A DNA stretch of 64,000 bases. Origin: an uncultured Chloroflexia bacterium. Its GTDB lineage: Bacteria > Chloroflexota > Anaerolineae > CG2-30-64-16. Positions within the stretch are counted from its first letter, which is position 1. Each line of letters opens with the position of its first letter. Below are positions 41,723-51,694 of the stretch, piece by piece. The notes beneath the pieces are model-generated. The model was not told where the DNA came from, ran no database searches, and saw nothing but the letters and a program-made list of their open reading frames with translations. The DNA lies in NCBI GenBank assembly GCA_963774265.1, contig CAVZDU010000006.1, forward strand, positions 32,001 to 96,000, in the 5' to 3' direction. Position numbers and translations under genes: made by a program.

Positions 41723-43051
41723 CTAGGATGCGTCGATGACGACGGCATCTGATACTTCGGTCACGACGCCGGCGATACTGGCATGGACGCGCGCGCCCAT
41801 GACCCCCTCAGCGACGTCGGCCACCATCTCCCCGGCTTGCACGCGGTCACCCACACGGACCGTAGGCCGGGCCGGCGCGCCGACGTGCTGCTTGAGCAGC
41901 AGGCGCACCCGCCGGAAATCGGCCCCCTGGAGCTCCGTCAGCGGTGCGGGCAGGTCATAGCGCGAGAGCTGCAACCGGGCGATCAGCCGCAGGATGGGCA
42001 CTCTGCGCAGATCCCGGTAGGGATCCGGATCGGTCTCGCGATGGTACGGGTTCGTGAGCCCCGCTTTCTGGAGCTGGCGCTTCACGCTGATGGCGATGTT
42101 GCCGGGCTTCAGGTGTACGGGACAGATGTAGTTGCAGGTGCGGCACTCACAGCAAAGGAATGCGCCCGCCAGCTGTGGATCGGTCACCGGCATCCCGGCC
42201 CCCAGCATCAGGATGAGCTTATGCGGCTCGATGGCGTGCCCGAGCTCGTGGCGCGGGCAGAAATCGGTGCACATGAAGCACTGGTCACAGGAGGAGGTGG
42301 CCTGGCGGACGAATTGCGCCCGAGGTTGCAGCCTCAGGTTGCTGACATAGTGATCGCGGGGCAGCACCAGGAGCATCTTGGTCGTCTTGGTGACCGGGTC
42401 ATCCAGCCCCCCCGCCACGCTGCCGGTCATGGCGCCGCCCACCAGCACCACCGGATCCGCCACGCGCGAGCCGCCGGCCAGGTCGATGACCTCAGCCAGG
42501 GTGATGCCTACCGGGACGCGGACCGTGAGCGGGTGGGGCACCTCGCCCTGCACCGTGATGTACTTCTGCGTTACAGGCACGCCATCCAGCGCGTGGGCTA
42601 CGTTGATCAGCGTCTCGATGTTCTGGACCATCGCGCCGACCTGCAGTGGCAGGCCCCCTTCCGGGATCACGCGGCCCAGCACGTCGTAGACCAGCACGAA
42701 CTCGTCACCCGCGGGGTAGAAGTTGCCCAACTCCTGCACCATGACGGTTCCCCCGGCTGGCAGGGCGGCCGACACCGCGCCGATGGCCTTCGTGTACCGC
42801 TGCTTGATGCCGATCACCGCCCGCGCGGCGCCCGCGGCTTGAACCGTCGCCTCGACGCCGCGCAGCAGGGCCGGCACGTGTTCGATCATCAGCTCCTGGT
42901 CGACGTGCACCAGCGGCTCGCATTCCGCGCCATTAGCGATGACCACCTCGGCCCGGTTGGCCAGTTTCAGGTGCGTGGGGAAGCCGGCGCCCCCGGCGCC
43001 CACAACGCCTGCCTGCCTGACTTTCTCCACTATCTCAGCCGCTTGAACCAC
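41723..43051 (-). CDS. pduS: PduS cobalamin reductase (RnfC-like, two [4Fe-4S] clusters)
   Basis: GVVGAGGAGFPTH; NGAECEPL; YPAGDE; CDQCFMCTDFCP; CCECRTCNYICP; LKQHVGAPA. Confidence 0.92.
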   Translation of the reverse strand: MVQAAEIVEKVRQAGVVGAGGAGFPTHLKLANRAEVVIANGAECEPLVHVDQELMIEHVPALLRGVEATVQAAGAARAVIGIKQRYTKAIGAVSAALPAGGTVMVQELGNFYPAGDEFVLVYDVLGRVIPEGGLPLQVGAMVQNIETLINVAHALDGVPVTQKYITVQGEVPHPLTVRVPVGITLAEVIDLAGGSRVADPVVLVGGAMTGSVAGGLDDPVTKTTKMLLVLPRDHYVSNLRLQPRAQFVRQATSSCDQCFMCTDFCPRHELGHAIEPHKLILMLGAGMPVTDPQLAGAFLCCECRTCNYICPVHLKPGNIAISVKRQLQKAGLTNPYHRETDPDPYRDLRRVPILRLIARLQLSRYDLPAPLTELQGADFRRVRLLLKQHVGAPARPTVRVGDRVQAGEMVADVAEGVMGARVHASIAGVVTEVSDAVVIDAS

Positions 43052-43078
43052 GATACGCTCCTATGCGGTGCCGGTCCC

Positions 43079-44488
43079 TCAGACCAAAGAGAAGGCCCCC
43101 ACCAACGTGCAGCGCCGTCGACGCGTGAAGACGCGCGCGGTCGTCAGGCCCTCGCCGCTGGCGCCGGCGATGGTGAAGCTGGTGGGACCTTCGCCGCCGT
43201 AGCCGATGCCGGCGTAGTGTGGCGCGTTCTTGACGAAAATGGTCGTGTTGATCGCCTTGCCGAAGTCGCTCATGTGATGGATGTTGGCCGAGTGGATGCC
43301 GGCGGTGTGGTGCAGGCCGCCCTCGACCTCGACGGCGATATCCACGGCTTCCTCGAAGCTGGCAGCCCGTACAACCGGCAGGATCGGCATCATCATCTCG
43401 TGGGTGACAAATGGATGATTCGCCGGGGTCTCCACAACGATGGAGCGCAGGTTGTCGTCGGCCGAGATGCCGAGCTGGCGCAGGATCACGTTAGCATTTT
43501 TGCCGACGTAGTCCTTGTTCGGTCTCTGGTGCTCGCCGTGCAGCAGCAGGCTCTCCAGCCGGGCCAGGTTCTCCGGGGGCAGCACCAGGGCATTGGCCGA
43601 CGGGAAGCAGCGCAGCAGCGCATCGGCCATCCATTCCACGACGATGCATTCTTTCTCGGCCACGCAGGGCAGGTTATTGTCAAAAGAGTTGCCCGAGACG
43701 ACTTCGGCCGCCGCCTTTTCGGGATTCGCTGTCTCGTCAACGATGACGGGTGGATTGCCGGCGGCCGCGCCGATGGCGCGCTTGCCGCTGGACATGGCCA
43801 ACCGTACGATCTCCTTGCCGCCGGTGGCGCTGATCAGCGCGATCTTCGGGTGCGTCATGAGCTCGCGCACCAGCTCGAGGCTGCCCCCATCCACGGCGAC
43901 CATCAGGTGCGGCGGCCCGCCGGCCTGTTCGATGGCTTCGTTCATCAGGGCGATAGTGGCGAACGACGTATTCTTGCTCGAGGGATGCGGCGCGAAGAAC
44001 ACGGTGTTGCCCACGGCGATCATGCTGATGGCGTTGTTGACGACCGTCGACGTGGGATTCGTCACCGGGAGGATAGCCAGGATCGTGCCGAAGGGGGCAG
44101 GCTCCTCGAGGGTGAGACCGTCGTCACCCACGTACGCCTTGGTAGGCAGGTCTTCCACTCCGGGGGTCTTCTCGGCCGCCAGAACGGTCTTGATCACCTT
44201 GTCGGCCACCCGACCGAGCTTGGTCTCCTCCACCGCCATCTGCGCCAGTTGCTGGCTATTCGCCAGGATCGTCTCGCGCATGCCATGGATGAACGCCTTG
44301 CGCTTGGCGATGCTGATGCGGCTGAAGCGCCGCTGCGACCACTCCACCGCGGCGAGCGCCTCATCGGCCGTCGCGAAGATGCCCTTGGGACCCACAGCCT
44401 GCGGCATCCGGCGGTCATTCATGGTCACAAGAATCCGCCGTACGATCTCGTCAAGCTGGCGTTCGTCCACCTGAACTGTCATCGTCAT
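43079..44488 (-). CDS. pduP: CoA-acylating aldehyde dehydrogenase with N-terminal encapsulation peptide
   Basis: ERQLDEIVRRIL; PVTNPTST; ATGG; GAAAGNPP; FDNNLPCVAEKE; HEMMMP; GGEGPTSFTIA. Confidence 0.92.
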   Translation of the reverse strand: MTMTVQVDERQLDEIVRRILVTMNDRRMPQAVGPKGIFATADEALAAVEWSQRRFSRISIAKRKAFIHGMRETILANSQQLAQMAVEETKLGRVADKVIKTVLAAEKTPGVEDLPTKAYVGDDGLTLEEPAPFGTILAILPVTNPTSTVVNNAISMIAVGNTVFFAPHPSSKNTSFATIALMNEAIEQAGGPPHLMVAVDGGSLELVRELMTHPKIALISATGGKEIVRLAMSSGKRAIGAAAGNPPVIVDETANPEKAAAEVVSGNSFDNNLPCVAEKECIVVEWMADALLRCFPSANALVLPPENLARLESLLLHGEHQRPNKDYVGKNANVILRQLGISADDNLRSIVVETPANHPFVTHEMMMPILPVVRAASFEEAVDIAVEVEGGLHHTAGIHSANIHHMSDFGKAINTTIFVKNAPHYAGIGYGGEGPTSFTIAGASGEGLTTARVFTRRRRCTLVGAFSLV

Positions 44489-44505
44489 CCTCCTTCGACC
44501 GCGTG

Positions 44506-45504
44506 TCAGCCGATTGCCGTCAACATGGCCTGCGCCACGGCTGTGTCCTGTTCCACGCTACCCCCGCTGACGCCGACTCCTCCTGCCACCGCGCCGCCCA
44601 GCACGACCGGCAGCCCGCCGCCCACGAGGGTCAGGTTGGGCGTGTTGACGTCGATCCCAAAGAGCGGGGCGCCGGGTTGCGCCAGCTCCGCTAGCTGGCT
44701 CGTCGGCATGCGCACGCTGGCCGCGGTGTACGCCTTGCGAGGGGCGAGCGAAATGCTGACCACCAGGGCGTCGTCCATGCGCCGCTGCTCCAGCAGGTTG
44801 CCGCCGGCATCCACGATGGCCAGGACCATGGGGACACCGATCTCGCGGGCGCGCTTCATGCCCGCCTCGATCATCTTGTCGCACAACGCCAGGGTAAGCG
44901 CCCCGGAGCGCAGCGCCCCTCCCTGATCAGAATTCAGTGCACTCACAACCATCCTCCTGATTTCCCGTTGCTCGTCCACACGAGCCATCATGTACAACAG
45001 GTCCGAGAGCCGGTTCAAGTACTTGATCACCAGCGGGTCGACCGGCGCCAACCGGCTGAGCGCGAGCACTTCACGCTCGCCCCGCCGCACAACCGTCCGC
45101 GCCAGGTGGAGAGCCGCCGAGGCCTGCGAGCCGCCGGGCCGCACGAAGAAGCCGGTTGCCAGCGTCTCGGCCTCGAAGCCATCAATGGTCCGCTCCATCC
45201 GGATCACCTGGGCCTCGCTGATCGGCATGACCGGAGCCTCGACGCCTGGTGGGGTCGCCAGCAGCGTCATCAACTGCATCAGCTCGCCCTGGATCTCAAG
45301 GATCAACGCAAATAAGTCGTCGGAGTGCGTGGTGGCCCGCGCCAGGCCCAGCGCCGAGGTTGCCTCGTCGATGGTGCCGTACGCCGCCCACGCGCGGGCT
45401 ATCTTTGCCCACGACCACCCGGCCCAGGAGCTTCGTCTGGCCCCTATCGCCGAACCGGGTATAGACGTGGCCCGCTTCCCGCGCCCCCCGACCTGAGTCT
45501 TCAC
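44506..45504 (-). CDS. pduO: PduO cob(I)alamin adenosyltransferase plus heme-binding GlcG/HbpS domain (N-terminus frameshifted)
   Basis: VYTRFGDRGQT in the alternate frame; AYGTIDEA; ARTVVRRGER; YLNRLSDLLY; C-terminal AIVDAGG...KAYTA...GGLP...GVSGGSVEQD. Confidence 0.9.
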   Translation of the reverse strand: MKTQVGGRGKRATSIPGSAIGARRSSWAGWSWAKIARAWAAYGTIDEATSALGLARATTHSDDLFALILEIQGELMQLMTLLATPPGVEAPVMPISEAQVIRMERTIDGFEAETLATGFFVRPGGSQASAALHLARTVVRRGEREVLALSRLAPVDPLVIKYLNRLSDLLYMMARVDEQREIRRMVVSALNSDQGGALRSGALTLALCDKMIEAGMKRAREIGVPMVLAIVDAGGNLLEQRRMDDALVVSISLAPRKAYTAASVRMPTSQLAELAQPGAPLFGIDVNTPNLTLVGGGLPVVLGGAVAGGVGVSGGSVEQDTAVAQAMLTAIG

Positions 45505-45776
45505 CCTGCCAAATCCACCGTATCGATAATGCCGACGATGGTTGCGTCGGTCGGCGTCGGCCGGTCCAGCGAGGTGCGCGCGCCGCTGCCTTTCGTAACC
45601 AGCACACGCTCGCCGACGCCGGCGCCCAGGTAGTCGACCGCCACCAGGCGCTCGGCAGCCCTGTCGGCATGTACGGACTCGAGCTCCACAACCAGGAGCT
45701 TGAAGCCCACCAGCGCCTCATCTTTGCGGGTGGAGACCACTGTCCCGATTACTTTTGCCACTTCCATGGTCGGCAT
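45501..45776 (-). CDS. pduN: BMC pentamer/vertex protein (PduN/EutN)
   Basis: AKVIGTVVSTRK...KLLVV...VAVDYLGAGVGERVLV..GSGAR...DATIVGIID. Confidence 0.93.
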   Translation of the reverse strand: MPTMEVAKVIGTVVSTRKDEALVGFKLLVVELESVHADRAAERLVAVDYLGAGVGERVLVTKGSGARTSLDRPTPTDATIVGIIDTVDLAG

Positions 45777-45805
45777 CCTTCTTTATCCAGGGGCAGGGAT
45801 CGCCC

Positions 45806-46576
45806 CTACTCGTACACTACGTCCAATTGGAGCCGGCCGGCGCTCTCCTGCGCGAGGGGCGTTAGCCGGCTACCCTTAGGGATACGCAACAGACTTCCCT
45901 CCGCCAGATGTGCGATATCGGCCTGCGTAATCACGGCCGCCGTCACCTGGACCGTGGGAGCCAGTGACGGCCGCGAAGTCTGGACAGGTGCGGCGTTGGT
46001 CAACCGCTGCTGAACGGTCACGAGGAATTCCTCGCTATGCACCAGTAGCATACCATATGCTTCCAGCGCCTTAAGATTAGCGCTCAAGCGGGCGCGCAGC
46101 GCGGCCGCTGCGGTCCCCGCGCCCCAGACCCTGCCACCTGCCCCTTCGGGGTCGGCTCCATCGCGTATCGCGATGACGGGCTTGCCCGCCAGCAATGCGC
46201 CGAGGGCCAGGGTCGAGATCAAGCTATCGAACGCGCCCGCCGCCATGGCGGTGGCCTGGTTCATCGACAAAGTAGGCACCAGGACCAGGTCGGCCGCACG
46301 CACCAGGGCGGGAGAGTCCACCCACTTACCGGGAGAGATCACCTCAGAGGCGCCCTGCTGCTTGACCTTGGCTTCGCCGATCATCAGCGCGGCGGCCTGC
46401 GTGAGCACGGCGGTCACGCCATGGCCAGCCTGGCTCAGCATGGCCACGGCCTCCAGTCCCTCGTGCTGCCCGGCAGATGCGCCGGAGAACAGCACCAGCA
46501 CTTGCTTGCGCCGGGGCTGGGCCTGCAACGCGGCAAGCACCTGGATCACCAGTTGCACCAATGCTTTCTCATCCAT
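45806..46576 (-). CDS. BMC-associated flavoprotein-family protein with encapsulation peptide
   Basis: MDEKALVQLVIQVLAAL; VLVLFSG...VLTQAA...DLVLVPTLSMN...ALLAGKPVIA; C-terminal VITQADI...LTPLAQE. Confidence 0.75.
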   Translation of the reverse strand: MDEKALVQLVIQVLAALQAQPRRKQVLVLFSGASAGQHEGLEAVAMLSQAGHGVTAVLTQAAALMIGEAKVKQQGASEVISPGKWVDSPALVRAADLVLVPTLSMNQATAMAAGAFDSLISTLALGALLAGKPVIAIRDGADPEGAGGRVWGAGTAAAALRARLSANLKALEAYGMLLVHSEEFLVTVQQRLTNAAPVQTSRPSLAPTVQVTAAVITQADIAHLAEGSLLRIPKGSRLTPLAQESAGRLQLDVVYE

Positions 46577-46601
46577 CGCGCCTCTCCATGCAGCCTTCAA
46601 C

Positions 46602-46715
46602 CGTACGGGCGGTCCTATCGTACGGGCGGTCCTATCGTACGGGCGGCCCTATCGTACGGGCGGCCCTATCGTACGGGCGGCCCTATCGTACGGGCGGTCC
46701 TATGTGACCGCCCCG
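46602..46715. repeat. Six tandem 17-bp units (CGTACGGGCGGYCCTAT) ending in one complete REP-like hairpin
   Basis: Units start at 46602, 46619, 46636, 46653, 46670 and 46687. The last is followed by GTGACCGCCC, giving GGGCGGTC-ctatgt-GACCGCCC. Confidence 0.9.
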
Positions 46716-46762
46716 CCCTGCAACCCCTGAGCCCGCGCCCGGCGGGCTTCAAGTTTCTTTCT

Positions 46763-47479
46763 TCAAGGCACCACCAGTCGGAGCATATCGCCGTTTTTCA
46801 GTCCGGCGGCGTTCGACTCGTCGGTGTCGAGATGAATTTCGGCCCGCCAGCCTTCGCGGATGCGGATCAGCACGCCGCGGTAGGTGGTGGGACGGGCGCC
46901 GTCGATGACGGCGTCCACCAGGTCCCCTTCCTGCAGTCCCAGCGAGGCCGCTTCGGCCGGGTTCATGTGCGCATGGCGCCGGGCGATATAAGCGCCGCCG
47001 CCCTTGCCGCCGGGCAGAACGACCTGGCCCTTGGGCCCCACCAGAAGAATCTGCTGGCTGACCGGGTCGGCGCCGCTCTCGGCGACGCCTAGCTTGAGCC
47101 CCAGGCTGAGGGCGTCGGTTTGGGACAGCTCGACCTGTGAGATCGGGCGCAGCGGAATGAGAACGGCCACACCCTCGAGGCAGCGACGCTTGCCGACCAC
47201 CAGGACGCGCTCCTGGGTCGCGAAGTAGCCGGGCTGGTATAGCTCCTTGAACGTCTTCATCTCGTAGCCCTCGCCGAACAAGATGTCGACGTGCTCGCGG
47301 CACAGGTGCATGTGGCGGTTCGACACACCCAACGGCACCATCATCTCGCGCTTATCGCCGTTCACGGGGGCAACCGCGGGAGGTGCGCCAACCATCATGC
47401 GGCCCAAGACTTCGCGGACGATCGCCTCCAGGCCGGGCTGCGCCGTGGTAGCCTCTGACGATTTAACCATCGTAACCAT
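46763..47479 (-). CDS. pduL: Phosphate propanoyltransferase PduL with encapsulation peptide
   Basis: LEAIVREVLGRM; PLGVSNRHMHL; LYQPGYFA; QVELSQTDA; ARRHAHM; EIHLDTDESNA. Confidence 0.93.
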   Translation of the reverse strand: MVTMVKSSEATTAQPGLEAIVREVLGRMMVGAPPAVAPVNGDKREMMVPLGVSNRHMHLCREHVDILFGEGYEMKTFKELYQPGYFATQERVLVVGKRRCLEGVAVLIPLRPISQVELSQTDALSLGLKLGVAESGADPVSQQILLVGPKGQVVLPGGKGGGAYIARRHAHMNPAEAASLGLQEGDLVDAVIDGARPTTYRGVLIRIREGWRAEIHLDTDESNAAGLKNGDMLRLVVP

Positions 47480-47500
47480 GATCCCTCCGCTGCGGACCGC

Positions 47501-48073
47501 TTAGCGCTTGAAGTGAATGCAGAGCCGGTGAAGCTGGCCCGGCTGACGACGGCACGCCGGGTCATTGCACAGGTTGCAGGTGGCGAGCGTCTCGACCGCC
47601 GGTGGCGCAAGTATCTCGACTGGCGGCGGCGCAGGCGTCTCGACCGGTGGCGGCGCAGGCGTCTTGACCGGCGGCAGCGCCGGCGTCTCGACCGGTGGTG
47701 GCGCCAGTATCTTGACTGGCGGCGGCGCCGGCGTCTCGACCACCGGCGGCGCAGGAGCAGCCTGTTCGATCGTCAAGGGTCTCGCGGGGCCACGATCGAC
47801 CTGGCCTATGATCTGCTCGGTGTTCTCGTGGGGGTGGGGAATGATGTGCCAGGAGAAGATCTTGCCCACGCGGGACGCCGACGCTACGCCGGCCTCCACC
47901 GCAGCCTTGACAGCCCCCACATCACCGCGCAACTTCACAACGATGAGCCCACCGCCCCTGGTCTTCTCGTAGCCGATCAGGATCACATTGGCGGCCTTGA
48001 GCGCCGCGTCGGCTGCCTCAATGGCAACGGGCAGCCCGACCGCCTCGATCAATCCGAGTGCCTGCTGTGTCAT
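47501..48073 (-). CDS. pduK: BMC hexamer with Pro-rich repeat linker and Cys/His tail (PduK-like)
   Basis: ALGLIEAVG...AADAALKAANV...[10 protein letters not shown]...HIIPHPH; seven 8-aa repeats; CNLCNDPAC...HRLCIH. Confidence 0.8.
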   Translation of the reverse strand: MTQQALGLIEAVGLPVAIEAADAALKAANVILIGYEKTRGGGLIVVKLRGDVGAVKAAVEAGVASASRVGKIFSWHIIPHPHENTEQIIGQVDRGPARPLTIEQAAPAPPVVETPAPPPVKILAPPPVETPALPPVKTPAPPPVETPAPPPVEILAPPAVETLATCNLCNDPACRRQPGQLHRLCIHFKR

Positions 48074-48552
48074 GCCAGCCCCCTCCGTTCCAAAACACGG
48101 GCGATAGCCTGTACGAGTGCACCCGACGCCTTGCCGGGCTGAATCGATGCTGGCGGGCCGCCAGGCAGCGGCGCCACTGCCTCCAGGCGCAGCGGCATGC
48201 GCTTCACAAAACGCCCCGCATTGCTGCCCGCCATGCGGCAGACCTCTGTCGGCGTGCCGTCCGATCGCCACTCCCAGACCGGCTGTCCGGCCGGCATGTG
48301 CGCCTCATGCAGCAGCACCTTGTCAGCCCCCACGCCCACGCCCACACCCAGCCTGGAGGCCTGCGCCGCATCGTAAGCAGCAGCGACCAGACCCTGGACG
48401 CCCGCCGGCGCCAGCCGGCAGGGCACCCCTTCTTCCTCGGCGCCGACCTCAACCCACCGGAAAAGGTGGGGGTCGACTCCCGGCGCCAGCACCACATGAA
48501 TCGCCGGGCTCTCGGCGAGCGCCTCACGTTGGTAAACCGGCTCGGCGCTCAT
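48070..48552 (-). CDS. pduH: Diol dehydratase reactivase small subunit
   Basis: PAIHV...GAEEEGVP...AYDAAQASRLGVGVG...GSNAGRFVKRMP. Confidence 0.88.
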   Translation of the reverse strand: MSAEPVYQREALAESPAIHVVLAPGVDPHLFRWVEVGAEEEGVPCRLAPAGVQGLVAAAYDAAQASRLGVGVGVGADKVLLHEAHMPAGQPVWEWRSDGTPTEVCRMAGSNAGRFVKRMPLRLEAVAPLPGGPPASIQPGKASGALVQAIARVLERRGLA

Positions 48553-50387
48553 ACAAGCCCCGCTTTTTTGCGCTCGAAGTAATTGATCACCAGTCCCGTG
48601 GCCACCGCATTCACCGGACCCTCGGTGCCCCGGACATTGGCTGATCCGACCACGACGCCATAACTTCCCAGATGCCGTATCAGCATCTGCGGCAGCTCGA
48701 AATCCAAACCCGAGCCGCCGACGATGACCACGAAATCGATCAGGCGAAGGTTACCGGCGGGCGCAACGGCGCTTAAAGCGCGCAGAGCGTTGCGCAAAAA
48801 GACCTTCTGCTTCGCCTCCTGGCGCACCTGCCGGATCCGCTCCATCGTGTGGTTCCCCGGGATTGGCACCAGGCGCTCACCCTGGATGGTGGCCACACGG
48901 CCGTAGAGGCGCGGGTCCAGCGGCTCGTTGAAAAAGCGGACGGTATTGTCCTCATTGCGAATGTGAAACAGGCTCTCTACCTTGGCCAGCGGGTAGCGCT
49001 TGATCTCCTCAGCGGCTTCAAAATCCCCCAGCCCCAGCTCGCTGTTGATCAGCAGCGTCACCATATTGCCGGCGCCGGCCAGATGCGTGGTGCGCACCGC
49101 CTCGCCCCGGCGCAGCAGCGCCGCATCAGTGGAGCCGGCCCCCAGGTCCAGCACGGCCAGCGGCGCGTCGGCGCCTGGTGTGGTCAGCGCGCCCAGGATC
49201 GCCATGTTGGCTTCCACGCCACCGAGCTCCGTGGGCACATGTATCTCGTCGATCAGCGCCCGGGCCACCCGCTCCATCAGGAGGCGATCGGTATTCACCA
49301 TGGCGGCCAACCCGACGGCGTTCTCCAGGGAGAATTCCTGGGCCACGCCGCCCGTCACTCGCTGCGGCACCTGGCAATCGACCGCCAGCACATCGCGGAA
49401 TCTTGATCTCCTCGACCGGCTTCTCAGTCAGATCGCCCATGGTCTGCCGGATACGACCGATCATGCCGCCGACGTTGGTGCCCGGCTCTCCCGACACATC
49501 GCGCAGCGGTGCGACATGGGCGATGGTGTCCATCACGGCGTCGGCGCCGAGTATCCAGGCTGACCGGTGCGGAGAGCCGCTCCCCCGTCAGCGTCAGCGT
49601 GCCCGCGGGAATGCGCCGGGTGCGGACCTCGCCTGCCGGTGTACGAATCACCACCGCCGAGCGCAGGCCGATCAGCGCCTTGGCGATAGGGATGATCAGT
49701 GTCGTTTCCTGTGGCGACAGGCCAAACAGGCTGGCGATGCCGTAAGGGTTGCTCAGCTGGCGCACAGACTGTCCCTGCGGGGCCACCTCGACGGCGGCCA
49801 TCATGTTAAGGGGCACCCGATCGATGTGCGCCACCTCATCCACGAAGGGCAGCGGCTGTCGCAGCCGGTTGGCGATCAGCACCCCGTCGTCCCCCTGGAC
49901 GATCCCTCCCTGGACGTCGACGCCGGCCTCCAGGGCCCGGCGCAGCATCTGGGAGACGATTTCGAAGTCGTACTCCCTGGGAATGACCACGATGACCCGA
50001 TCGGCGCGTGTGGCCGACACCAGGTCGCGAATGTGGGTCGTGCGGCCAACGCCCAGTCCCAGGCCGCCCGGCGAGACCGGGTTGTGCCCGATCATCGTCG
50101 ACTCGGTGACCAGGGTCTCGGTGATGGTCTCCATGGCGATGTCGCCGATCACCGGCGTCGCCTCATTCAAGAGCACCAAACGAGACGTCTGAAGGGGTGA
50201 GCTCGATTGCCTGGGTGGCCCGGCGCAGGGCATCCACGATGCCCGGGATGTTGCGCACGGTCCCCTTGATACCTGTGGTGGGAACGCTGGCGGATGCCAG
50301 GAACCTCGGCGCGCTGGCGGCTGAGATGTCAGCCAGCGCCACCTCGGTGGTGGCGTTCCCCACGTCGACTCCGGCAATCAAACGCAT
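48549..50387 (-). CDS. pduG: Diol dehydratase reactivase large subunit (frameshifts ~50180, ~49550, ~49395)
   Basis: IAGVDVGNATTEVALA; TTGIKGT; NEATPVIGDIAMETITET; GHNP; LSNPYGIA; LDLGAGSTDA; HLAGAGNMVT; VGGSGLDFE; NAVATGL. Confidence 0.93.
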
Positions 50388-50400
50388 GACGTTGAAGCAC

Positions 50401-50442
50401 CCCCTCAGCCCCATCCTCTCCCCTGATGGGGGGAGAGGATGG
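50401..50442. repeat. Intergenic REP-like hairpin between pduE and pduG
   Basis: CCATCCTCTCCCC-loop-GGGGAGAGGATGG (50411-50442), preceded by CCCCTCAGCC. Confidence 0.6.
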
Positions 50443-50451
50443 CGTCAGGAC

Positions 50452-50984
50452 TCAGTCTTGGCGCAGGCGGCCGCGGGTCTCGTAGACCTCGCACGCCTCG
50501 CGGACGAATGCAGCGTTGATCTTGGCCCCGTATTTGTTCTCCAGCTCGTCGGCGATGGCCAGCAGCTCGGCCTTGCTCGAGCGGTACGGGCGCAGCGCGT
50601 TGTAGATCTGGAGCACGCGTTCGTCGGAGACACGGGTCAGCTCGGCAGCGCGCCGAAGATTGCGGGCCAGCTGCGGCCGGCTCATCTTCTCAGCGATCTG
50701 CGCCTGCAGCTCCAACGTTTCGGGCGTGATGCGCAGCTCTTCGGCCTTCACCTCGCCCTTCAGGGCCGCTTCCAGGGTGAGCTCGTTGAGATGCTTCCCG
50801 GTCGAGGTCTTGATGAGATCCGGGCCGTTTGGCGGCCATGGGATAGTCGCTGCGCCGGGTCCAGCCCGCCGCCCGGCGTATTGACAGAACCTGCGACAGG
50901 CGCGGGAGCTGGCGGGGTTGCGCCACCGTTCAGCTCGGCCAGCACCTCTCGCACGATTGAGGAGATCAGGTCTTGTTGTGCCAC
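50452..50984 (-). CDS. pduE: Diol dehydratase small subunit (frameshift ~50830-50850)
   Basis: QDLISSIVREVLAEL peptide; DYPMAAKRP; RITPETLELQAQIA...LARNLRRAAELT...YNALRPYRSSKAELL. Confidence 0.93.
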
Positions 50985-51010
50985 TCTCTACACCTCCTGG
51001 CGATCGCCGG

Positions 51011-51673
51011 CTACTTGAACGTGACCGAGAGTTCGACCGGCTTGGCGCCCTGCTGGACAAAGCCGGTTTCGCGGATGTGGAACACCGCGGCCTTAGCCTG
51101 GTAGCTGGGGCGCGCCATCTGGTCGCTAGTCTGCGGCACCGGGGACGGAGATTCGCCCTTCGCGTAGAGCGCCGCGTTGCGACCGATCGCCCTGTACATG
51201 GGCAGGTCGATCACGGGCGCCTGTGGGAAGAGCTCCAGGTTCTGCAACGGCTGCAGATCGCGCTGGTGAATGACGGTCGTCCCGCGCGACTGGATGCCGA
51301 TGCCGACCCCGGAGCCGCTCAGCTTGGCCGCGTCATGCGAGATGAACGCCACGTCGGAGGTCCGCAGGACGCGCACCACGCGCGCTTTCATGCCCTGCTC
51401 CTCGATGCCGGCCAGCAGTTCACGCAGCACCGCCGCGTGCGGGATGCCGGTGAGGGTTTGTTTGGATAGTTTATCGCCGAAAGCAGGCGCCAGGCCGATG
51501 ACGACCTCGTTGGGAGACGTGCCCGGCTTTGCTTCGCCGACTTCTGTGAGCACGAGTGCGGCCGACGTATCGATCGCAACTGGCGCCGGCGCGGCAGGGA
51601 TCTGCCCCGTGGCGACCATTTGCTTCACGATCTCACGTACGACCTCTCGCACCATGGTTTCGGTTATTTCCAT
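51011..51673 (-). CDS. pduD: Diol dehydratase medium subunit
   Basis: [16 protein letters not shown] peptide; [10 protein letters not shown]; AGIEEQG; SDVAF; [22 protein letters not shown]; NLELFPQAP. Confidence 0.95.
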   Translation of the reverse strand: MEITETMVREVVREIVKQMVATGQIPAAPAPVAIDTSAALVLTEVGEAKPGTSPNEVVIGLAPAFGDKLSKQTLTGIPHAAVLRELLAGIEEQGMKARVVRVLRTSDVAFISHDAAKLSGSGVGIGIQSRGTTVIHQRDLQPLQNLELFPQAPVIDLPMYRAIGRNAALYAKGESPSPVPQTSDQMARPSYQAKAAVFHIRETGFVQQGAKPVELSVTFK

Positions 51674-51694
51674 AGCCCACTCCCCCCTAACGGA

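Noticed and set aside
36039-44926. Long plus-strand ORFs (560, 543, 453 and 1047 aa)
   Set aside because: Antisense shadows of clearly identified minus-strand genes in high-GC DNA; no recognisable motifs.
46602-46703. Regular repeat array as a CRISPR
   Set aside because: Units are contiguous 17-mers with no unique spacers, and no cas genes are present in the window.
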